Below are positions 39,684-50,533 of a stretch of DNA of 64,000 bases, in pieces. Source of the stretch: an uncultured Candidatus Saccharibacteria bacterium (GTDB lineage: Bacteria > Patescibacteriota > Minisyncoccia > Portnoybacterales > UBA2143). The notes under the pieces were generated by a model. The model was not told where the DNA came from and did not search any database. It saw nothing but the letters and a program-made list of their open reading frames with translations. Both the position numbers and the translations under genes were made by a program. Each line of letters opens with the position of its first letter. Position 1 is the first letter of the stretch. The stretch covers positions 2,550 to 66,549 of the forward strand of contig CAZQUN010000003.1 in the NCBI GenBank assembly GCA_964596615.1, in the 5' to 3' direction.

Positions 39684-41420
39684 ATGGCTAAAGAATCGAA
39701 AATTGAAATACTGAGGCATTCCATTTCCCATGTCATGGCAGCAGCAGTAATGGAAATCTTTCCTAAGAGTCAGTTAGGCGTTGGCCCATCTATTGAAGAT
39801 GGGTTTTATCATGACTTTGATTTACCCAAGAAACTAACTCCGGCTGATTTGCCTAAAATTGAAAAGAAAATGAGGGAAATTATTAAAAAAGACCTTCCTT
39901 TTAAGAAAACTACCAAGTCAACCAACGAAGCCTTAAAGGAAGCTAAGAGCAAAAAGCTTAAATACCGGGCTGAATTAATTGAAGATTTAAAAAAAGAAAA
40001 AGAAAAAACTGTTTCATTTTACCAAACCGGTAATTTCATTAATCTCTGCAAGGGATCTCATATAAAATCAACCAAGGAAATTAATCCAAAAGCGTTTAAA
40101 TTAACCAAAATAGCCGGCGCCTACTGGAAAGGTAATGAAAAAAACAAAATGTTGACTAGAATTTACGGAGTTGCTTTTAATACCGAAAAAGAATTAAAAG
40201 AATACTTAAAACAGCAGCAAGAAGCCGAAAAAAGAGACCATCGTAAGATCGGTAAGGATTTAGATTTGTTCAGTTTCCACAACGAAGGACATGGTTTTGC
40301 TTTTTGGCACCCGAAAGGCATGGTTTTGCGCGAGGCCTTAATGGAGTTTTATAACAAAAAACAAAAAGAGGCTGGTTACCGAACAATTTCTACCCCAATC
40401 CTGCTTTCAGAAGAGCTTTGGCACAAATCAGGACACTGGGACAATTACAAGGACCAGATGTATTTCACCAAGATAGATAAAAAAACCTATGCGATTAAGC
40501 CAATGAATTGTCCTGGCTGCATTATTATCTATAATGTCCGCCCTCATTCCTATAAAGAGTTCCCGATAAAACTAATTGAATTAGGGGAAGTCCATCGACA
40601 TGAACCGTCCGGTACTCTTCACGGATTATTCAGAGTAAGGGCTTTCCGCCAAGACGACTCCCATATTTTCACCAGAGAAGACCAAATAGAGGAAGAAATT
40701 AAAAAAGTTATCAACCTAACCCTTGATATTTACAAAATTTTTAACTTTAAGAATGTACATATTGAGATTTCTACCCGGCCTAAAAAATCAATTGGCTCCA
40801 AAGCAATTTGGGACAGGTCAGAAAAAACCATGGAAGATGTGTTAAAAAGCCTAAAACTGGACTACAAGATTAATCACGGAGACGGAGCTTTTTACGGACC
40901 GAAGATTGACTTTCATATTGAAGACTCTATTGGACGTTCCTGGCAATGCGGGACAATCCAATTAGATTTTTCCATGCCTCAAAGGTTTGGTTTAAAATAT
41001 ACCGACAAAGACGGTTCCCTAAAACAGCCCGCTATGATCCATAGAACGATACTTGGATCTATCCAGCGTTTCGTAGGAATCTTAGTAGAACACTTTGCCG
41101 GAACCTTCCCTGTTTGGCTGGCTCCAGTCCAGGTCCAAATTATTCCAGTTAGCCAGAAATTCAAGCAATACGCCAAAGAAGTTGAAAAGCAATTGGAAGA
41201 AGAAAATATTAGGATTGAAGTCAACAAGAGCGACGAAACCTTGGGTAAAAAAATCAGAGAAGGCGAACTTCAAAAAATTCCTTATCTTTTAATTGTCGGT
41301 CAGAAAGAAGAAAAAGCTAATTCAGTCGCAGTCAGAGACAGAAAAAAGGGCGATTTAGGCCCTATGAAAATTAGTAAGTTTATTCAAAAGATCAAGGAAG
41401 AAATAGAAAAGAAAAAATAA
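39684..41420 (+). CDS. thrS: Threonine--tRNA ligase (short form without TGS domain)
   Basis: Editing domain HSISHVMAAAV; class II core (FRVRAFRQDDSHIF, HRTILGSIQRF); anticodon-binding C-terminus. Confidence 0.9.
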   Translation: MAKESKIEILRHSISHVMAAAVMEIFPKSQLGVGPSIEDGFYHDFDLPKKLTPADLPKIEKKMREIIKKDLPFKKTTKSTNEALKEAKSKKLKYRAELIEDLKKEKEKTVSFYQTGNFINLCKGSHIKSTKEINPKAFKLTKIAGAYWKGNEKNKMLTRIYGVAFNTEKELKEYLKQQQEAEKRDHRKIGKDLDLFSFHNEGHGFAFWHPKGMVLREALMEFYNKKQKEAGYRTISTPILLSEELWHKSGHWDNYKDQMYFTKIDKKTYAIKPMNCPGCIIIYNVRPHSYKEFPIKLIELGEVHRHEPSGTLHGLFRVRAFRQDDSHIFTREDQIEEEIKKVINLTLDIYKIFNFKNVHIEISTRPKKSIGSKAIWDRSEKTMEDVLKSLKLDYKINHGDGAFYGPKIDFHIEDSIGRSWQCGTIQLDFSMPQRFGLKYTDKDGSLKQPAMIHRTILGSIQRFVGILVEHFAGTFPVWLAPVQVQIIPVSQKFKQYAKEVEKQLEEENIRIEVNKSDETLGKKIREGELQKIPYLLIVGQKEEKANSVAVRDRKKGDLGPMKISKFIQKIKEEIEKKK

Positions 41421-41461
41421 TCCGTTTGACATTATTTTTTATTCTTATAAACTAGAGATAT

Positions 41462-41755
41462 ATGCCAAAGAAAAAAGAAGTCACAAATGAAGCCCTAGCA
41501 AGAATGGTTCAACGAGGTTTTGAAAGTGTTGATAGTCGCTTTGAAAAAGTTGATAAGCGTTTTAATAGCATTGATAAACGTTTTGAAAAAATCAATCAAG
41601 AAATAGCCGCTCTCAAAGCCGGCCAGGGTCATCTATTAAACAATATGGTGGAAGTTAAGGACAAATTAGATAGGTTAGCTCCATATTACGAATTAAAATT
41701 ACTAGAAAAAAGAATTGAAAGATTAGAACTAAAACTGAATATAAAAGGAACTTAA
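41462..41755 (+). CDS. Hypothetical coiled-coil protein with tandem DxRFEK repeats
   Basis: VDSRFEKVDKRFNSIDKRFEKIN repeats; 97 aa. Confidence 0.45.
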   Translation: MPKKKEVTNEALARMVQRGFESVDSRFEKVDKRFNSIDKRFEKINQEIAALKAGQGHLLNNMVEVKDKLDRLAPYYELKLLEKRIERLELKLNIKGT

Positions 41756-41757
41756 CC

Positions 41758-42495
41758 CTATTCTGTCAAGACTTTTGGGCCTTTTTCGGTGACGGCGATA
41801 GTATGTTCAAAATGAGCTGAAATACTTCCATCTTTTGTCAGATATCCATGCCCGTCCGGGCTTTTTTTAATCCCGGGTTTGCCCATGGTTGCCATTGGCT
41901 CTATGGCTAAAACCATGCCCGGTTTTAATTCTATTCCCTTATGCCTTTGGCCGAAATTAGGAATTTCCGGATTTTCATGAATCTTTTTACCAATACCATG
42001 CCCGCATAAATCGCGGATAACATCAAAACCCTGGTCTTTAATATGCCTTTCTATAGCATGGCCAATATCACCAATGGTCTTGCCTGGTTTTGTCCTGGCA
42101 ATCGCTCTTCGCAGAGCTTTTTTAGTTACCTTAATTAGCCGATTAACTTCCGGGTCAATTGAACCAATTGGCATTGTTATGGCCATATCGGTGTTGAATC
42201 CTTTATAAAGAATACCTAAATCCAGACTTAAAATATCACCATCTTTTAATTGACGGTTGGAAGGAAGAGCATGAACAATTTCTTCATTGATTGAAGTACA
42301 TAAGGCATTAGGAAATCCCCGGTAGCCCTTAAAGGCTGGTTTAGCGCCGTAAGATAAAATAAGGTCGTCAGCGACCTTATCTAATTCTTGGGTAGAAACT
42401 CCCGGCTTAACCTTATTCTTCAATTCTCTGATAATCTTTGCCAGAATCCTCCCACCTTCCCCCATTATTTCAATCTCTTCCTTGGTTTTAATCAT
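41758..42495 (-). CDS. map: Methionine aminopeptidase type I
   Basis: Metal ligands in the DGDILSLDLG, HGIGK and EPM regions. Confidence 0.9.
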   Translation of the reverse strand: MIKTKEEIEIMGEGGRILAKIIRELKNKVKPGVSTQELDKVADDLILSYGAKPAFKGYRGFPNALCTSINEEIVHALPSNRQLKDGDILSLDLGILYKGFNTDMAITMPIGSIDPEVNRLIKVTKKALRRAIARTKPGKTIGDIGHAIERHIKDQGFDVIRDLCGHGIGKKIHENPEIPNFGQRHKGIELKPGMVLAIEPMATMGKPGIKKSPDGHGYLTKDGSISAHFEHTIAVTEKGPKVLTE

Positions 42496-43157
42496 TAAAT
42501 TGCTTTTTTAACATCCCGATAAACATCTTCGATGGTCTGTTCGCCGTCAACTTCAACCAGTTTTTTCTGTTTCTGGTAGTACTTGATTACTGGCTCAACT
42601 TCTTTTTTGAAAAATTCCATTCGGGAATTAATTGCTTTGGAATTATCATCTTTTCTTGTCTCCAATTCCCCACCGCACTGGTCGCAAACCTTCAAACTCT
42701 TGAAAGAACCGGTCCAAGGAATAATCCTGCCGCACATTTTGCAGTATCTCCTCTTAGTCAACCGGTCAAAAGCCTTTTGCCTTGAAATATCTATCAAGAT
42801 AACTTTAATGTTTTTTAACTCAAACCAGTCAAAAGCGGCATCCATTAATTCGGCTTCAAAAACTTTTCTCGGACTGCCGTCGATAATCAGGCCTTTAAAT
42901 CCTTTTTTGTTTTTAACCTTTTCCAATTCCCTGGTCCAGATATTGAAAACCAGCCAGCTCGGAGCCAAAATCCCCTTATTAACAAAATTTGCCAGTTTCT
43001 TGCCGGTGAAATCCTTGGTTCCCATTCTTTTCCTTAAGATCTTCCCACTGCCGAAATAGTCAAAACCAAATTCCTTGATTAAAAGTTTAGCTTGGGTTCC
43101 TTTGCCACTCCCGGAACGACCGATTAGAATAATGATTTGAGGTTGTTTTTTGGCCAT
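42495..43157 (-). CDS. adk: Adenylate kinase (zinc-lid type)
   Basis: P-loop GRSGSGKGTQA; lid CKMCGRI...CDQCGGEL. Confidence 0.9.
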   Translation of the reverse strand: MAKKQPQIIILIGRSGSGKGTQAKLLIKEFGFDYFGSGKILRKRMGTKDFTGKKLANFVNKGILAPSWLVFNIWTRELEKVKNKKGFKGLIIDGSPRKVFEAELMDAAFDWFELKNIKVILIDISRQKAFDRLTKRRYCKMCGRIIPWTGSFKSLKVCDQCGGELETRKDDNSKAINSRMEFFKKEVEPVIKYYQKQKKLVEVDGEQTIEDVYRDVKKAI

Positions 43158-44440
43158 TAAATTCCCTCGTATTCTCTCATGGTTAATTGAGAGTTAATTT
43201 GTCGCATCATTTCCAGGACAACCGAAACAACAATCAGAAGAGCGGTTCCACCAATAGCAAAACCAAAGGCAGTAATACCGGTTGCCCCCTGAACAACTGA
43301 AGGCAAAACCGCAATTGTTCCTAAAAAGATTGCTCCAAAAAGGAGAACTCGGTTGAGGATGAAATAGAGGAAGTCGGAGGTTGGCCGGCCCGGTCGGATA
43401 CCCGGAACAAACCCGCCCATTTTCTGAAGATTATTAGCAATATTTTTCGGGTCAAAAGTAACGGCCGTGTAGAAATATGTAAAGAGAACGACCAGGGCAA
43501 AGTAGGCGGCACCGTAAAACCAGGGATTCTGGAAAAGATTACTGACAATTTGAGAAAGATTAGCTATCCAGGCAGTACTCGAACCACTTAAAAAGCTGGC
43601 AACCATGCCCGGAAAAAGCATAATTGAAAGGGCGAAAATGATTGGAATGACTCCGGCTGGATTAACATTTAAAGGAAGATAAGTTGAAACTCCGCCATAA
43701 ATTTTATTCCCTCGGACCCTTTTAGCGTATGAGACCGGAATATTTCTTCTGCCTTCGGTAATAACAACAACGCCGGCAGTAATGACAAGAGCCAGGACAA
43801 AGAAAGCCAGATAAGACGGGATTTTGGAAGGATCATAGGTCGCCGCTAATTCCCTGATTGAAAGAGGAACTCTTGAAACAATTCCGGCAAAAATTAAAAG
43901 AGAAATACCATTACCAATGCCCTTTTCCGAAATTAATTCTCCCAGCCACATTAAAAACAAGGCTCCGGCAGTAATAACTGTTATTGAAGTCACCCATTGA
44001 TTCATGGTCAAAGGACCAAGAACACCTTGTCGGCTTAAAAGCGTCAACATGGCATATGATTGAAGAGCAGCTAAAGGAACAGCTAACATCCGGCCATACT
44101 GATTAAACTTTTGCCGGCCAGCTTCGCCTTCTTCTTTGTAAATCGCTTCTAATTGAGGAAAAATCATGGTTAGAAGCTGCATAATGATAGTGGCGGTAAT
44201 GTAGGGGCCCAAGCCAAGCATGACAATGGAAAGATTACTCATTGCTCCGCCGGTAAAAATATTTAAAAGACCAAATAGCTGGTTATTGGAAAAAAACTGC
44301 CTTAATTGTTCTGTATCAATTCCAGGAACAGGAACATTAGCCGCGATTCTGAAAACAACCAGAACCATTAAAACAAAGAGGATTTTCTTTCTTAAATCCT
44401 TAATCTTAAATATTTGAATAATCTTATTCAGCCACTTCAT
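43157..44440 (-). CDS. secY: Preprotein translocase subunit SecY
   Basis: 10-TM SecY architecture and conserved GGTALLI-type C-terminal helices. Confidence 0.9.
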   Translation of the reverse strand: MKWLNKIIQIFKIKDLRKKILFVLMVLVVFRIAANVPVPGIDTEQLRQFFSNNQLFGLLNIFTGGAMSNLSIVMLGLGPYITATIIMQLLTMIFPQLEAIYKEEGEAGRQKFNQYGRMLAVPLAALQSYAMLTLLSRQGVLGPLTMNQWVTSITVITAGALFLMWLGELISEKGIGNGISLLIFAGIVSRVPLSIRELAATYDPSKIPSYLAFFVLALVITAGVVVITEGRRNIPVSYAKRVRGNKIYGGVSTYLPLNVNPAGVIPIIFALSIMLFPGMVASFLSGSSTAWIANLSQIVSNLFQNPWFYGAAYFALVVLFTYFYTAVTFDPKNIANNLQKMGGFVPGIRPGRPTSDFLYFILNRVLLFGAIFLGTIAVLPSVVQGATGITAFGFAIGGTALLIVVSVVLEMMRQINSQLTMREYEGI

Positions 44441-44442
44441 AA

Positions 44443-44931
44443 TTATTTCTTCAAAACTTTCTTTTTATTTACCGGCTTGGTTTGTTTTTTAGTTTTTTCC
44501 CGGGCTTTTTTTGAGAAACCAATTCTCCTAAATTCTAATTTCTTCTTGAGATCTCCTTTTCCCAGAATTTTTATCTTCGGTATTCTCCCTTTCATTTTAC
44601 TAATCAAACCCTTTTCGAGCAAGGTCTTGGGCGAAACAATTTCTCCGCTTTTAAAGAGTTTTTCAATTTCTGACAAATTAAAGATAATTGGTTTGATTCT
44701 TTGAGGTTTAACTCCTTTTCTAATTGGAACTTTGCCAACTGAACCTTTTTGTTTCGGTAGTCGTTTGATTAAAGAAGTGTCGCCGCCGGCAAAACCAGGA
44801 CGAGGCTTTTTGCCCGCCCGTGATTTTTGGCCCTTCATTCCTTTGCCTGAATAAGTGCCTTTTTTCCCGCCTCGGCCAACTCTTTTACGATTCTTTTTCT
44901 GATGTTTAGGTTTTAATTGATGTATTTGCAT
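44443..44931 (-). CDS. rplO: 50S ribosomal protein L15 with C-terminal extension
   Basis: MQIHQLKPKHQKKNRKRVGRGGKKGTYSGKGMKGQKSRAG. rpsE lies directly upstream with no L30 gene between them. Confidence 0.85.
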   Translation of the reverse strand: MQIHQLKPKHQKKNRKRVGRGGKKGTYSGKGMKGQKSRAGKKPRPGFAGGDTSLIKRLPKQKGSVGKVPIRKGVKPQRIKPIIFNLSEIEKLFKSGEIVSPKTLLEKGLISKMKGRIPKIKILGKGDLKKKLEFRRIGFSKKAREKTKKQTKPVNKKKVLKK

Positions 44932-44935
44932 GTTT

Positions 44936-45436
44936 TTACTTCTTATTCTTCTCTTTGATTTCTGTTTCTAAACTTTCTAAAGCCTTAATTGTTGCCTTAG
45001 CATTATTAAGCTTATTCCTGGTCTTGCCGACAATCTTTCCAGAAAGGTTATCAATGCCAGCCAAATCACAGACAACCCGGACTGCTCCGCCAGCAACAAT
45101 TCCTCTTCCTTTGGCAGCCGGCTTTAAAATTACCCGAGCAGTGCTGAATTTAGCTTCAACCTGATGAGGAATTGTTCCATTGGTAATCGGAACTCTAATC
45201 ATATTCTTCCTGGCCCGAGCAACCGCTTTTTCAACCGCCAGACTGACATCCTGTCCTTTGCTGACACCAACGCCGACTTTGCCCGCTCTATCGCCAATAA
45301 TCATAACTGCCCGGAAGCGAAATCGACGGCCACCGGCAACAACCCGAACAACCCGGGCAACATCAAGTAATTTTTGATCGTATTCTCCCTGATTAGGAAA
45401 ATCCGTTTTTTTCTTTTTATCTCTTTGCTCTGTCAT
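44936..45436 (-). CDS. rpsE: 30S ribosomal protein S5
   Basis: VVRVVAGGRRFRFRAVMIIGD and GRGIVAGGAVR motifs. Confidence 0.9.
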   Translation of the reverse strand: MTEQRDKKKKTDFPNQGEYDQKLLDVARVVRVVAGGRRFRFRAVMIIGDRAGKVGVGVSKGQDVSLAVEKAVARARKNMIRVPITNGTIPHQVEAKFSTARVILKPAAKGRGIVAGGAVRVVCDLAGIDNLSGKIVGKTRNKLNNAKATIKALESLETEIKEKNKK

Positions 45437-45440
45437 GTTA

Positions 45441-45785
45441 CTAAAACTTTAATCCTCCTTCCCTGGCACCTTCAGCCAAGGCCTTAACCCGACCATGATA
45501 CCTGTATTTTCCTCTGTCAAAAACAACTTCTTTAATTTCTTTTTTTACTGCTTTTTGGGCAATTGATTTACCAACTTCTTGAGCAATTTCTGTTTTAGTC
45601 ATTTTCCCTTTAATTTTCAGATCATTGGCGCTAACTAGGGTCTTTTTCTGGCCATCACCAATTATTTGAGCGCTAATATGCTTGTTGCTTCGAAAAACCG
45701 AAAGCCGGGGACGACTGCTAATCCCTTTTATCTTTGTTCTTGTTCTTTTGGAGCGCTGACGCGCTTTTTCCTGTTTCTTTTGCAT
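45441..45785 (-). CDS. rplR: 50S ribosomal protein L18
   Basis: [19 protein letters not shown]. Probably starts at the internal MQKKQEK. Confidence 0.85.
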   Translation of the reverse strand: MQKKQEKARQRSKRTRTKIKGISSRPRLSVFRSNKHISAQIIGDGQKKTLVSANDLKIKGKMTKTEIAQEVGKSIAQKAVKKEIKEVVFDRGKYRYHGRVKALAEGAREGGLKF

Positions 45786-45789
45786 GTGA

Positions 45790-46332
45790 CTATTCCGTTC
45801 CAACCGCTTTTTTACCGGCCTTTCTTCTAATAACTTCATCAACATATTTTATTCCCTTACCCTTGTAGGGTTCCGGCTTTTTCTTGCTTCTAATTTTTGC
45901 CGCTATCTGACCGACTAACTGTTTGTCAATTCCGGAAACACTGATAAGATTCCTTTCAACCTTGAATTCAATTCCTTCGGGCGCCTCTATTTCTACCGGA
46001 TGAGAAAAACCAAGATGTAAGACCAGTTTTTTACCCTCTAAATTAGCACGGTAACCAACTCCGTTGACTTCCAGTTTTTTCTCAAATCCTTCTGTTACCC
46101 CTTCAATCATGTTGGAAATTAAACTTCGCCAGAGCCCCCACAAAGCGGCTGAATTTTTAGTTTTTTTCCGGGGCGAAACTTTTAATTCTTTTTCCTCTAA
46201 AGAAACTTCCAATTCTAATGGAATTAACCGGGTTAATTCTCCTTTTGGGCCTTTGACTTTAATTTCTCTCTTGCTTAATTTAACTTCAACGCCCTGGGGA
46301 ATTTCAATTGTTTTCTTGCCTATTCTACTCAT
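45790..46332 (-). CDS. rplF: 50S ribosomal protein L6
   Basis: [18 protein letters not shown]...[20 protein letters not shown]. Confidence 0.9.
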   Translation of the reverse strand: MSRIGKKTIEIPQGVEVKLSKREIKVKGPKGELTRLIPLELEVSLEEKELKVSPRKKTKNSAALWGLWRSLISNMIEGVTEGFEKKLEVNGVGYRANLEGKKLVLHLGFSHPVEIEAPEGIEFKVERNLISVSGIDKQLVGQIAAKIRSKKKPEPYKGKGIKYVDEVIRRKAGKKAVGTE

Positions 46333-46336
46333 ATTT

Positions 46337-46726
46337 TTACCAGACCTCGCAAATTACTTCTCCGCCCAGACCTTTTTTTCTTGCTTCTCTGTTACTCATT
46401 ATTCCAGAAGGAGTTGAGATAATACTAATACCGTAATCTTGTCTAATCGGCCTAATCTGGTCTTTTTTGATATAGATTCTTTTACCCGGCTTGCTTATTC
46501 TCCTAATTTTGATTATTGCCGGTCTTTCCTTTTTGTATTTCAAAGTAATTTCTATTGTTCTTTTGGTTTTTCTTCCTTTGGTTTCTATCTGGTTAATAAA
46601 ATCTTCTCTTTCCAAAGCCTTGGCTATCTCCAGTTTAATTTTAGAATAGGGAAAATCAACTCTTTCGTGATTAACCGATTGAGCATTCCTTATTCTAGTC
46701 AACATGTCGGAAATTGGATCTACCAT
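46337..46726 (-). CDS. rpsH: 30S ribosomal protein S8
   Basis: [14 protein letters not shown]-terminus. Confidence 0.9.
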   Translation of the reverse strand: MVDPISDMLTRIRNAQSVNHERVDFPYSKIKLEIAKALEREDFINQIETKGRKTKRTIEITLKYKKERPAIIKIRRISKPGKRIYIKKDQIRPIRQDYGISIISTPSGIMSNREARKKGLGGEVICEVW

Positions 46727-46905
46727 GATGATTTTTTAACCCCTGGAATTTCTCCCCGGTTGGCTAATTCCCGGAAACAAATTCGGCAAAGGCCAAATCT
46801 TTTAAAATATCCTCTTTTTCTGCCACAACGAAAGCAGCGCCGGACTATCCGGGTTGAAAACTTTGGTTTCTTATTCGCTCTGGCAATAACTGATTTCTTA
46901 GCCAT
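46720..46905 (-). CDS. rpsN: 30S ribosomal protein S14 type Z (zinc-binding)
   Basis: 61 aa with [20 protein letters not shown]. Confidence 0.85.
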   Translation of the reverse strand: MAKKSVIARANKKPKFSTRIVRRCFRCGRKRGYFKRFGLCRICFRELANRGEIPGVKKSSW

Positions 46906-46907
46906 AA

Positions 46908-47462
46908 TTATTTGAATTTAATAGGGAAGCCTAATAATCTGAATAATTCTTTTCCTTCTTTTTTTGTTTTGGCTGTTGTGACAACGGCAATCTCAAGGCC
47001 AAAAATATTCCTGGCGCTTTCAGCTGAAATTTCAGGAAAAACAATCTGTTCTTTCATGCCAATGTTCAAATTGCCATTTTGATCAATATTCTTTTTATCC
47101 AGGCCGCGAAAATCTCGGCCTCGAGGTAAAACAATATGAATTAATCTGTCTAAAAAATCATGCATTCTTTGTCCTCTTAAAGTGACGGCCAGACCAACCT
47201 TCATTCCTTCTCTGGTCTTGAATCCGGCAATCGATTTCTTGGCCTGGCGAAAAGCCGGTTTCTGACCGGTAATTATCGCCATATCCTGGGCAACCTCTTC
47301 CTGAAACTTATCATCTCTGATAACCGGGCTAAAACCGGTATTAAGAACAACTTTCTCAATTCTGGGTACAGCTAAATTACTTCGATAGCCGAATTTTTCT
47401 TTCATTTGAGGAATTGCTTCTTTAAGATATTTTTCCTTTAATTTCATAATTCCTGATTGCAT
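46908..47462 (-). CDS. rplE: 50S ribosomal protein L5
   Basis: Position in the spc cluster and L5 motifs ([12 protein letters not shown]-like). Confidence 0.9.
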   Translation of the reverse strand: MQSGIMKLKEKYLKEAIPQMKEKFGYRSNLAVPRIEKVVLNTGFSPVIRDDKFQEEVAQDMAIITGQKPAFRQAKKSIAGFKTREGMKVGLAVTLRGQRMHDFLDRLIHIVLPRGRDFRGLDKKNIDQNGNLNIGMKEQIVFPEISAESARNIFGLEIAVVTTAKTKKEGKELFRLLGFPIKFK

Positions 47463-47749
47463 TTTTTACAAAATCGGTATTTACCTTTTTCCGTCAGCCG
47501 GTATCCAACCCGGCTGGCCTTATTACATTTAGAACAAACTAATTTAACACTGGAAGCATCAATCGGTTTGGGCAATTGAATAATTTGTCCTTTTTCCTTT
47601 TCGCTCTTCGGCCGACGATGTTTTTTGACAACGTTAACTCCTTCAACAGCAATTTTATTCAAAAGCGGAAAAACCTCGAGGACTTTTCCTTTTTTACCCT
47701 TGTCTTTTCCGGAGATTATCAAAACATTGTCATCTTTTTTAATTTTCAT
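47444..47749 (-). CDS. rplX: 50S ribosomal protein L24 with C-terminal Cys4 (CxxC...CxxC) zinc-ribbon-like tail
   Basis: KOW motif VLIISGKDKGKKGKVLEV. C-terminal [30 protein letters not shown] aligns to the E. coli L24 tail but with four Cys substitutions. Confidence 0.85.
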   Translation of the reverse strand: MKIKKDDNVLIISGKDKGKKGKVLEVFPLLNKIAVEGVNVVKKHRRPKSEKEKGQIIQLPKPIDASSVKLVCSKCNKASRVGYRLTEKGKYRFCKKCNQEL

Positions 47750-48114
47750 TAAAGTACCTCCGGCGCTAGAGAAACTATCTTATCAAAGCCTTTTTCTTTT
47801 AATTCTCTTGGGACTGGTCCGAAAATCCGACCGCCTTTGGGAACATAGCCATCAACTATGACAGCGGCGTTTTCATCAAAACGAATATATGAGCCGTCCT
47901 TCCGGCGATAGGTCTTTTTCTGACGAACAATTGTTGCTCGGACAATATCCTTTTTTTTGACAGCCTTTCTTGGCTCAGCTGATTTGACTGAAGCGACAAT
48001 AAGGTCGCCGATTTGGGCATAACGTCTTCGGCTTCCGCCTAAAACTTTAAAGCACTGGATAATTTTTGCTCCAGTATTATCTGCGACTTTCAATTTTGTT
48101 CCAGCTTGTATCAT
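47749..48114 (-). CDS. rplN: 50S ribosomal protein L14
   Basis: [17 protein letters not shown]. Confidence 0.9.
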   Translation of the reverse strand: MIQAGTKLKVADNTGAKIIQCFKVLGGSRRRYAQIGDLIVASVKSAEPRKAVKKKDIVRATIVRQKKTYRRKDGSYIRFDENAAVIVDGYVPKGGRIFGPVPRELKEKGFDKIVSLAPEVL

Positions 48115-48398
48115 ATTTTTTTACTAACAATCCACCTCTTATTCTTACTCATTGGTTTAGCTTCCTGAATAACAACTTTATCTCCTTTTTTGTATTCATT
48201 TTTTTGGTCATCAACCTTGTATTTTTTTGAAACTTTGTATCTTTTTCTGTATTTAGGGTGTTCTTTGTATCGATTAACCAGAACAACAATAGTCTTGTCC
48301 ATTTTATCGCTTAGAACAACACCCTTAAGAAGCCGCCCTGTCTTTTTCGGTTCTGACTCTTTTTTGATTTGTTTCTCTTTTTTATCCATTTTCTTCAA
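48111..48398 (-). CDS. rpsQ: 30S ribosomal protein S17
   Basis: [25 protein letters not shown]. Confidence 0.85.
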   Translation of the reverse strand: MKKMDKKEKQIKKESEPKKTGRLLKGVVLSDKMDKTIVVLVNRYKEHPKYRKRYKVSKKYKVDDQKNEYKKGDKVVIQEAKPMSKNKRWIVSKKI

Positions 48399-48573
48399 TG
48401 TTTAAAAGCGTTAAAATCCGGGCGATATCTCTTCTTAATTCTCTGACCTGCCTGACATTTTTGAGCTTCTTTGAGGCCAGGTCAAATTGCAACTGACCGA
48501 CTTTTCGACGATTCTCTTTAAGTAAATTACTTAATTCCTTTTTGCTTTTCTGGCGAAGTTCTTTTATCTTCAT
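48382..48573 (-). CDS. rpmC: 50S ribosomal protein L29
   Basis: 63 aa; [25 protein letters not shown]. Confidence 0.8.
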   Translation of the reverse strand: MKIKELRQKSKKELSNLLKENRRKVGQLQFDLASKKLKNVRQVRELRRDIARILTLLNIEENG

Positions 48574-48983
48574 GTTCGGGTGATGAATTTAGTTCTAAAA
48601 GGAAGTTTGTGGCCGGCTCGACGCATGGCTTCTTTAGCTAATTCTTCTGGAACGCCATCCATTTCAAAGATTATCCGGCCGGGCTTAATCATAGCAACAT
48701 AGTGATCAACACTTCCTTTGCCTCCGCCCATTTTAACTTCATTGGGCTTCAGGGTTATGGGTTTGTCAGGAAAAATTCTTATCCAGATTTTTCCTCCCCG
48801 CTGGACATATCTGGTCATTGCCCTTCGGGCGGCTTCAATTTGTCTGGCAGTCAGCCAGGCATCAGTTGTCGCCTTAAGAGCGTAAGAACCAAAGGAAATC
48901 TCCGTTCCCCGAGTTTCCATTCCTTTTCCTTTCCTTCTTCCTCTTTGCCACTTCCTATGTTTTACTTTTTTGGGCTGCAACAT
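48570..48983 (-). CDS. rplP: 50S ribosomal protein L16
   Basis: [19 protein letters not shown]...[11 protein letters not shown]. Confidence 0.9.
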   Translation of the reverse strand: MLQPKKVKHRKWQRGRRKGKGMETRGTEISFGSYALKATTDAWLTARQIEAARRAMTRYVQRGGKIWIRIFPDKPITLKPNEVKMGGGKGSVDHYVAMIKPGRIIFEMDGVPEELAKEAMRRAGHKLPFRTKFITRT

Positions 48984-49635
48984 AATTAAAGATTTCTCCT
49001 TTGTAAATCCAGACCTTTATTCCAACTGTTCCGTAGGTAGTGTAGGCGGTTGAAGAAGCGTAGTCAATATCAGCCCGCAGGTTCTGAAGAGGAATTTTAC
49101 CATCTTTGAGCCATTCTTTTCGGGCGATTAAAGCTCCGTTTAACCTGCCTTTTATCATAACTCTGGCTCCCTTAATATCCCTGTTCTGCATAATCTTATC
49201 CAAAGCTTGTTTCATTACCCGGCGATAAGGCATTCTCTTTTCAATCTGGAAAGCCATATCAGATGCGACAACATTTGCTTGGCCGGTTGGCTGTCTGACT
49301 TCTTCAATTTCTAAGCGAATTTCTGTTTTAGCCAAAGAAGGGTCTTTTTTAAGAAGTAAATTCTTGATTTGTTTTTTTAAATCCTCTACTCCGGTTCCTC
49401 CCCGGCCAATAACCAGTCCGGGTCGGGCAGTCTCAATAATGATATTAACGAAATTGGCTGAACGCTCTATTTCAACTGAATTAATACCGGCTTTTTCCAG
49501 TTTTTTGGCAATAAAACTCCGCAAGATATGGTCTTGCTCAAGTAAATCCTTGTATTTCTTCTTATTAAACCAACGCGATTTCCAGTTCTTGATTATTCCT
49601 AAACGGAAAGCGAAGGGATGAACTTTTTGTCCCAT
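48955..49635 (-). CDS. rpsC: 30S ribosomal protein S3
   Basis: [23 protein letters not shown] and KH domain. Confidence 0.9.
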   Translation of the reverse strand: MGQKVHPFAFRLGIIKNWKSRWFNKKKYKDLLEQDHILRSFIAKKLEKAGINSVEIERSANFVNIIIETARPGLVIGRGGTGVEDLKKQIKNLLLKKDPSLAKTEIRLEIEEVRQPTGQANVVASDMAFQIEKRMPYRRVMKQALDKIMQNRDIKGARVMIKGRLNGALIARKEWLKDGKIPLQNLRADIDYASSTAYTTYGTVGIKVWIYKGEIFNYVAAQKSKT

Positions 49636-49637
49636 GA

Positions 49638-50225
49638 TTAAATACTTTTTCTTCTAAATATCTTTTTGGCGTTGCCAAAGGTTTGACGACTAAAAAACCT
49701 TTTCTTGGCTGAAGAAGTTGAACCATATGGTTTTACCGGCGGAACTGCTCTTGCTTTTGGTAAACTCTTGTCTTTTTCTTCAACTTTCTCAATTGGTTCG
49801 GCTGCTTCAGCTGAAACTTCTATTTTGGTTTTTCTCTTTTCTTCAATTTGTTCTTCTTTTTTCTTTAAAGGCGCTTTTTTCTTTGAAACTGACGGTATTT
49901 TTTCTTCCAAAACTAATGTAACATGGCTGGTTCTTTTCAATATCTGGGCTGCCCTGCCGTAGGCTCGGGCCCGCCAACGCTTAAGAGTTGGTCCCGGGTC
50001 AACTAAAACACCGGCGATGTAGAGATTATCTTTTTCCAGTCCGCTGTTATGCTGAGCATTAGCCATAGCTGAATTCAAAAGTTTTAAAATTGGCTGGGCT
50101 GCTCTTTTGCTTGAAAACTTCAATTGCTCCTGAGCTTTGAGAGTATCCAAACCCCTAATCAGATCAGTGACCAATCTGACTTTTCTCGGTGATATTCTTA
50201 AATGTCTTAATTTGGCCGTAATCAT
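49638..50225 (-). CDS. rplV: 50S ribosomal protein L22 with Lys/Glu-rich C-terminal extension
   Basis: AKLRHLRISPRKVRLV; about 80-aa charged tail. Confidence 0.85.
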   Translation of the reverse strand: MITAKLRHLRISPRKVRLVTDLIRGLDTLKAQEQLKFSSKRAAQPILKLLNSAMANAQHNSGLEKDNLYIAGVLVDPGPTLKRWRARAYGRAAQILKRTSHVTLVLEEKIPSVSKKKAPLKKKEEQIEEKRKTKIEVSAEAAEPIEKVEEKDKSLPKARAVPPVKPYGSTSSAKKRFFSRQTFGNAKKIFRRKSI

Positions 50226-50227
50226 AG

Positions 50228-50533
50228 CTATTTCCCAGCTCCTTTCTGTTTAGCAGCGATTTCCTGTTCTTTTTGTATTTTGCCGCCGTGTCTAACGAAT
50301 TTCCGAGTCGGGGAAAATTCACCTAACTTATGACCAACCATATCCTCGCTGATAAAAACAGTGATATGTTCTTTGCCATTATGAACGCCGAAGGTATAGC
50401 CGACCATTTCCGGAGTAATTGAACAGGCCCGCGACCATGTTTTAATAACGGTCTTGTCGCCGGATTTTAAATTGGATATTTTTTTTAGTAATTTCGGGTC
50501 AACGTAGGGACCCTTTTTTAGACTTCTGCTCAT
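50228..50533 (-). CDS. rpsS: 30S ribosomal protein S19
   Basis: [15 protein letters not shown]...[11 protein letters not shown]. Confidence 0.9.
   Translation of the reverse strand: MSRSLKKGPYVDPKLLKKISNLKSGDKTVIKTWSRACSITPEMVGYTFGVHNGKEHITVFISEDMVGHKLGEFSPTRKFVRHGGKIQKEQEIAAKQKGAGK

Noticed and set aside
42583-43059. 158-aa plus-strand ORF
   Set aside because: Antisense to adenylate kinase; low-complexity translation, no SD.
46439-46915. 158-aa plus-strand ORF
   Set aside because: Antisense to rpsH/rpsN in the ribosomal cluster; an artefact of AT-rich coding sequence.
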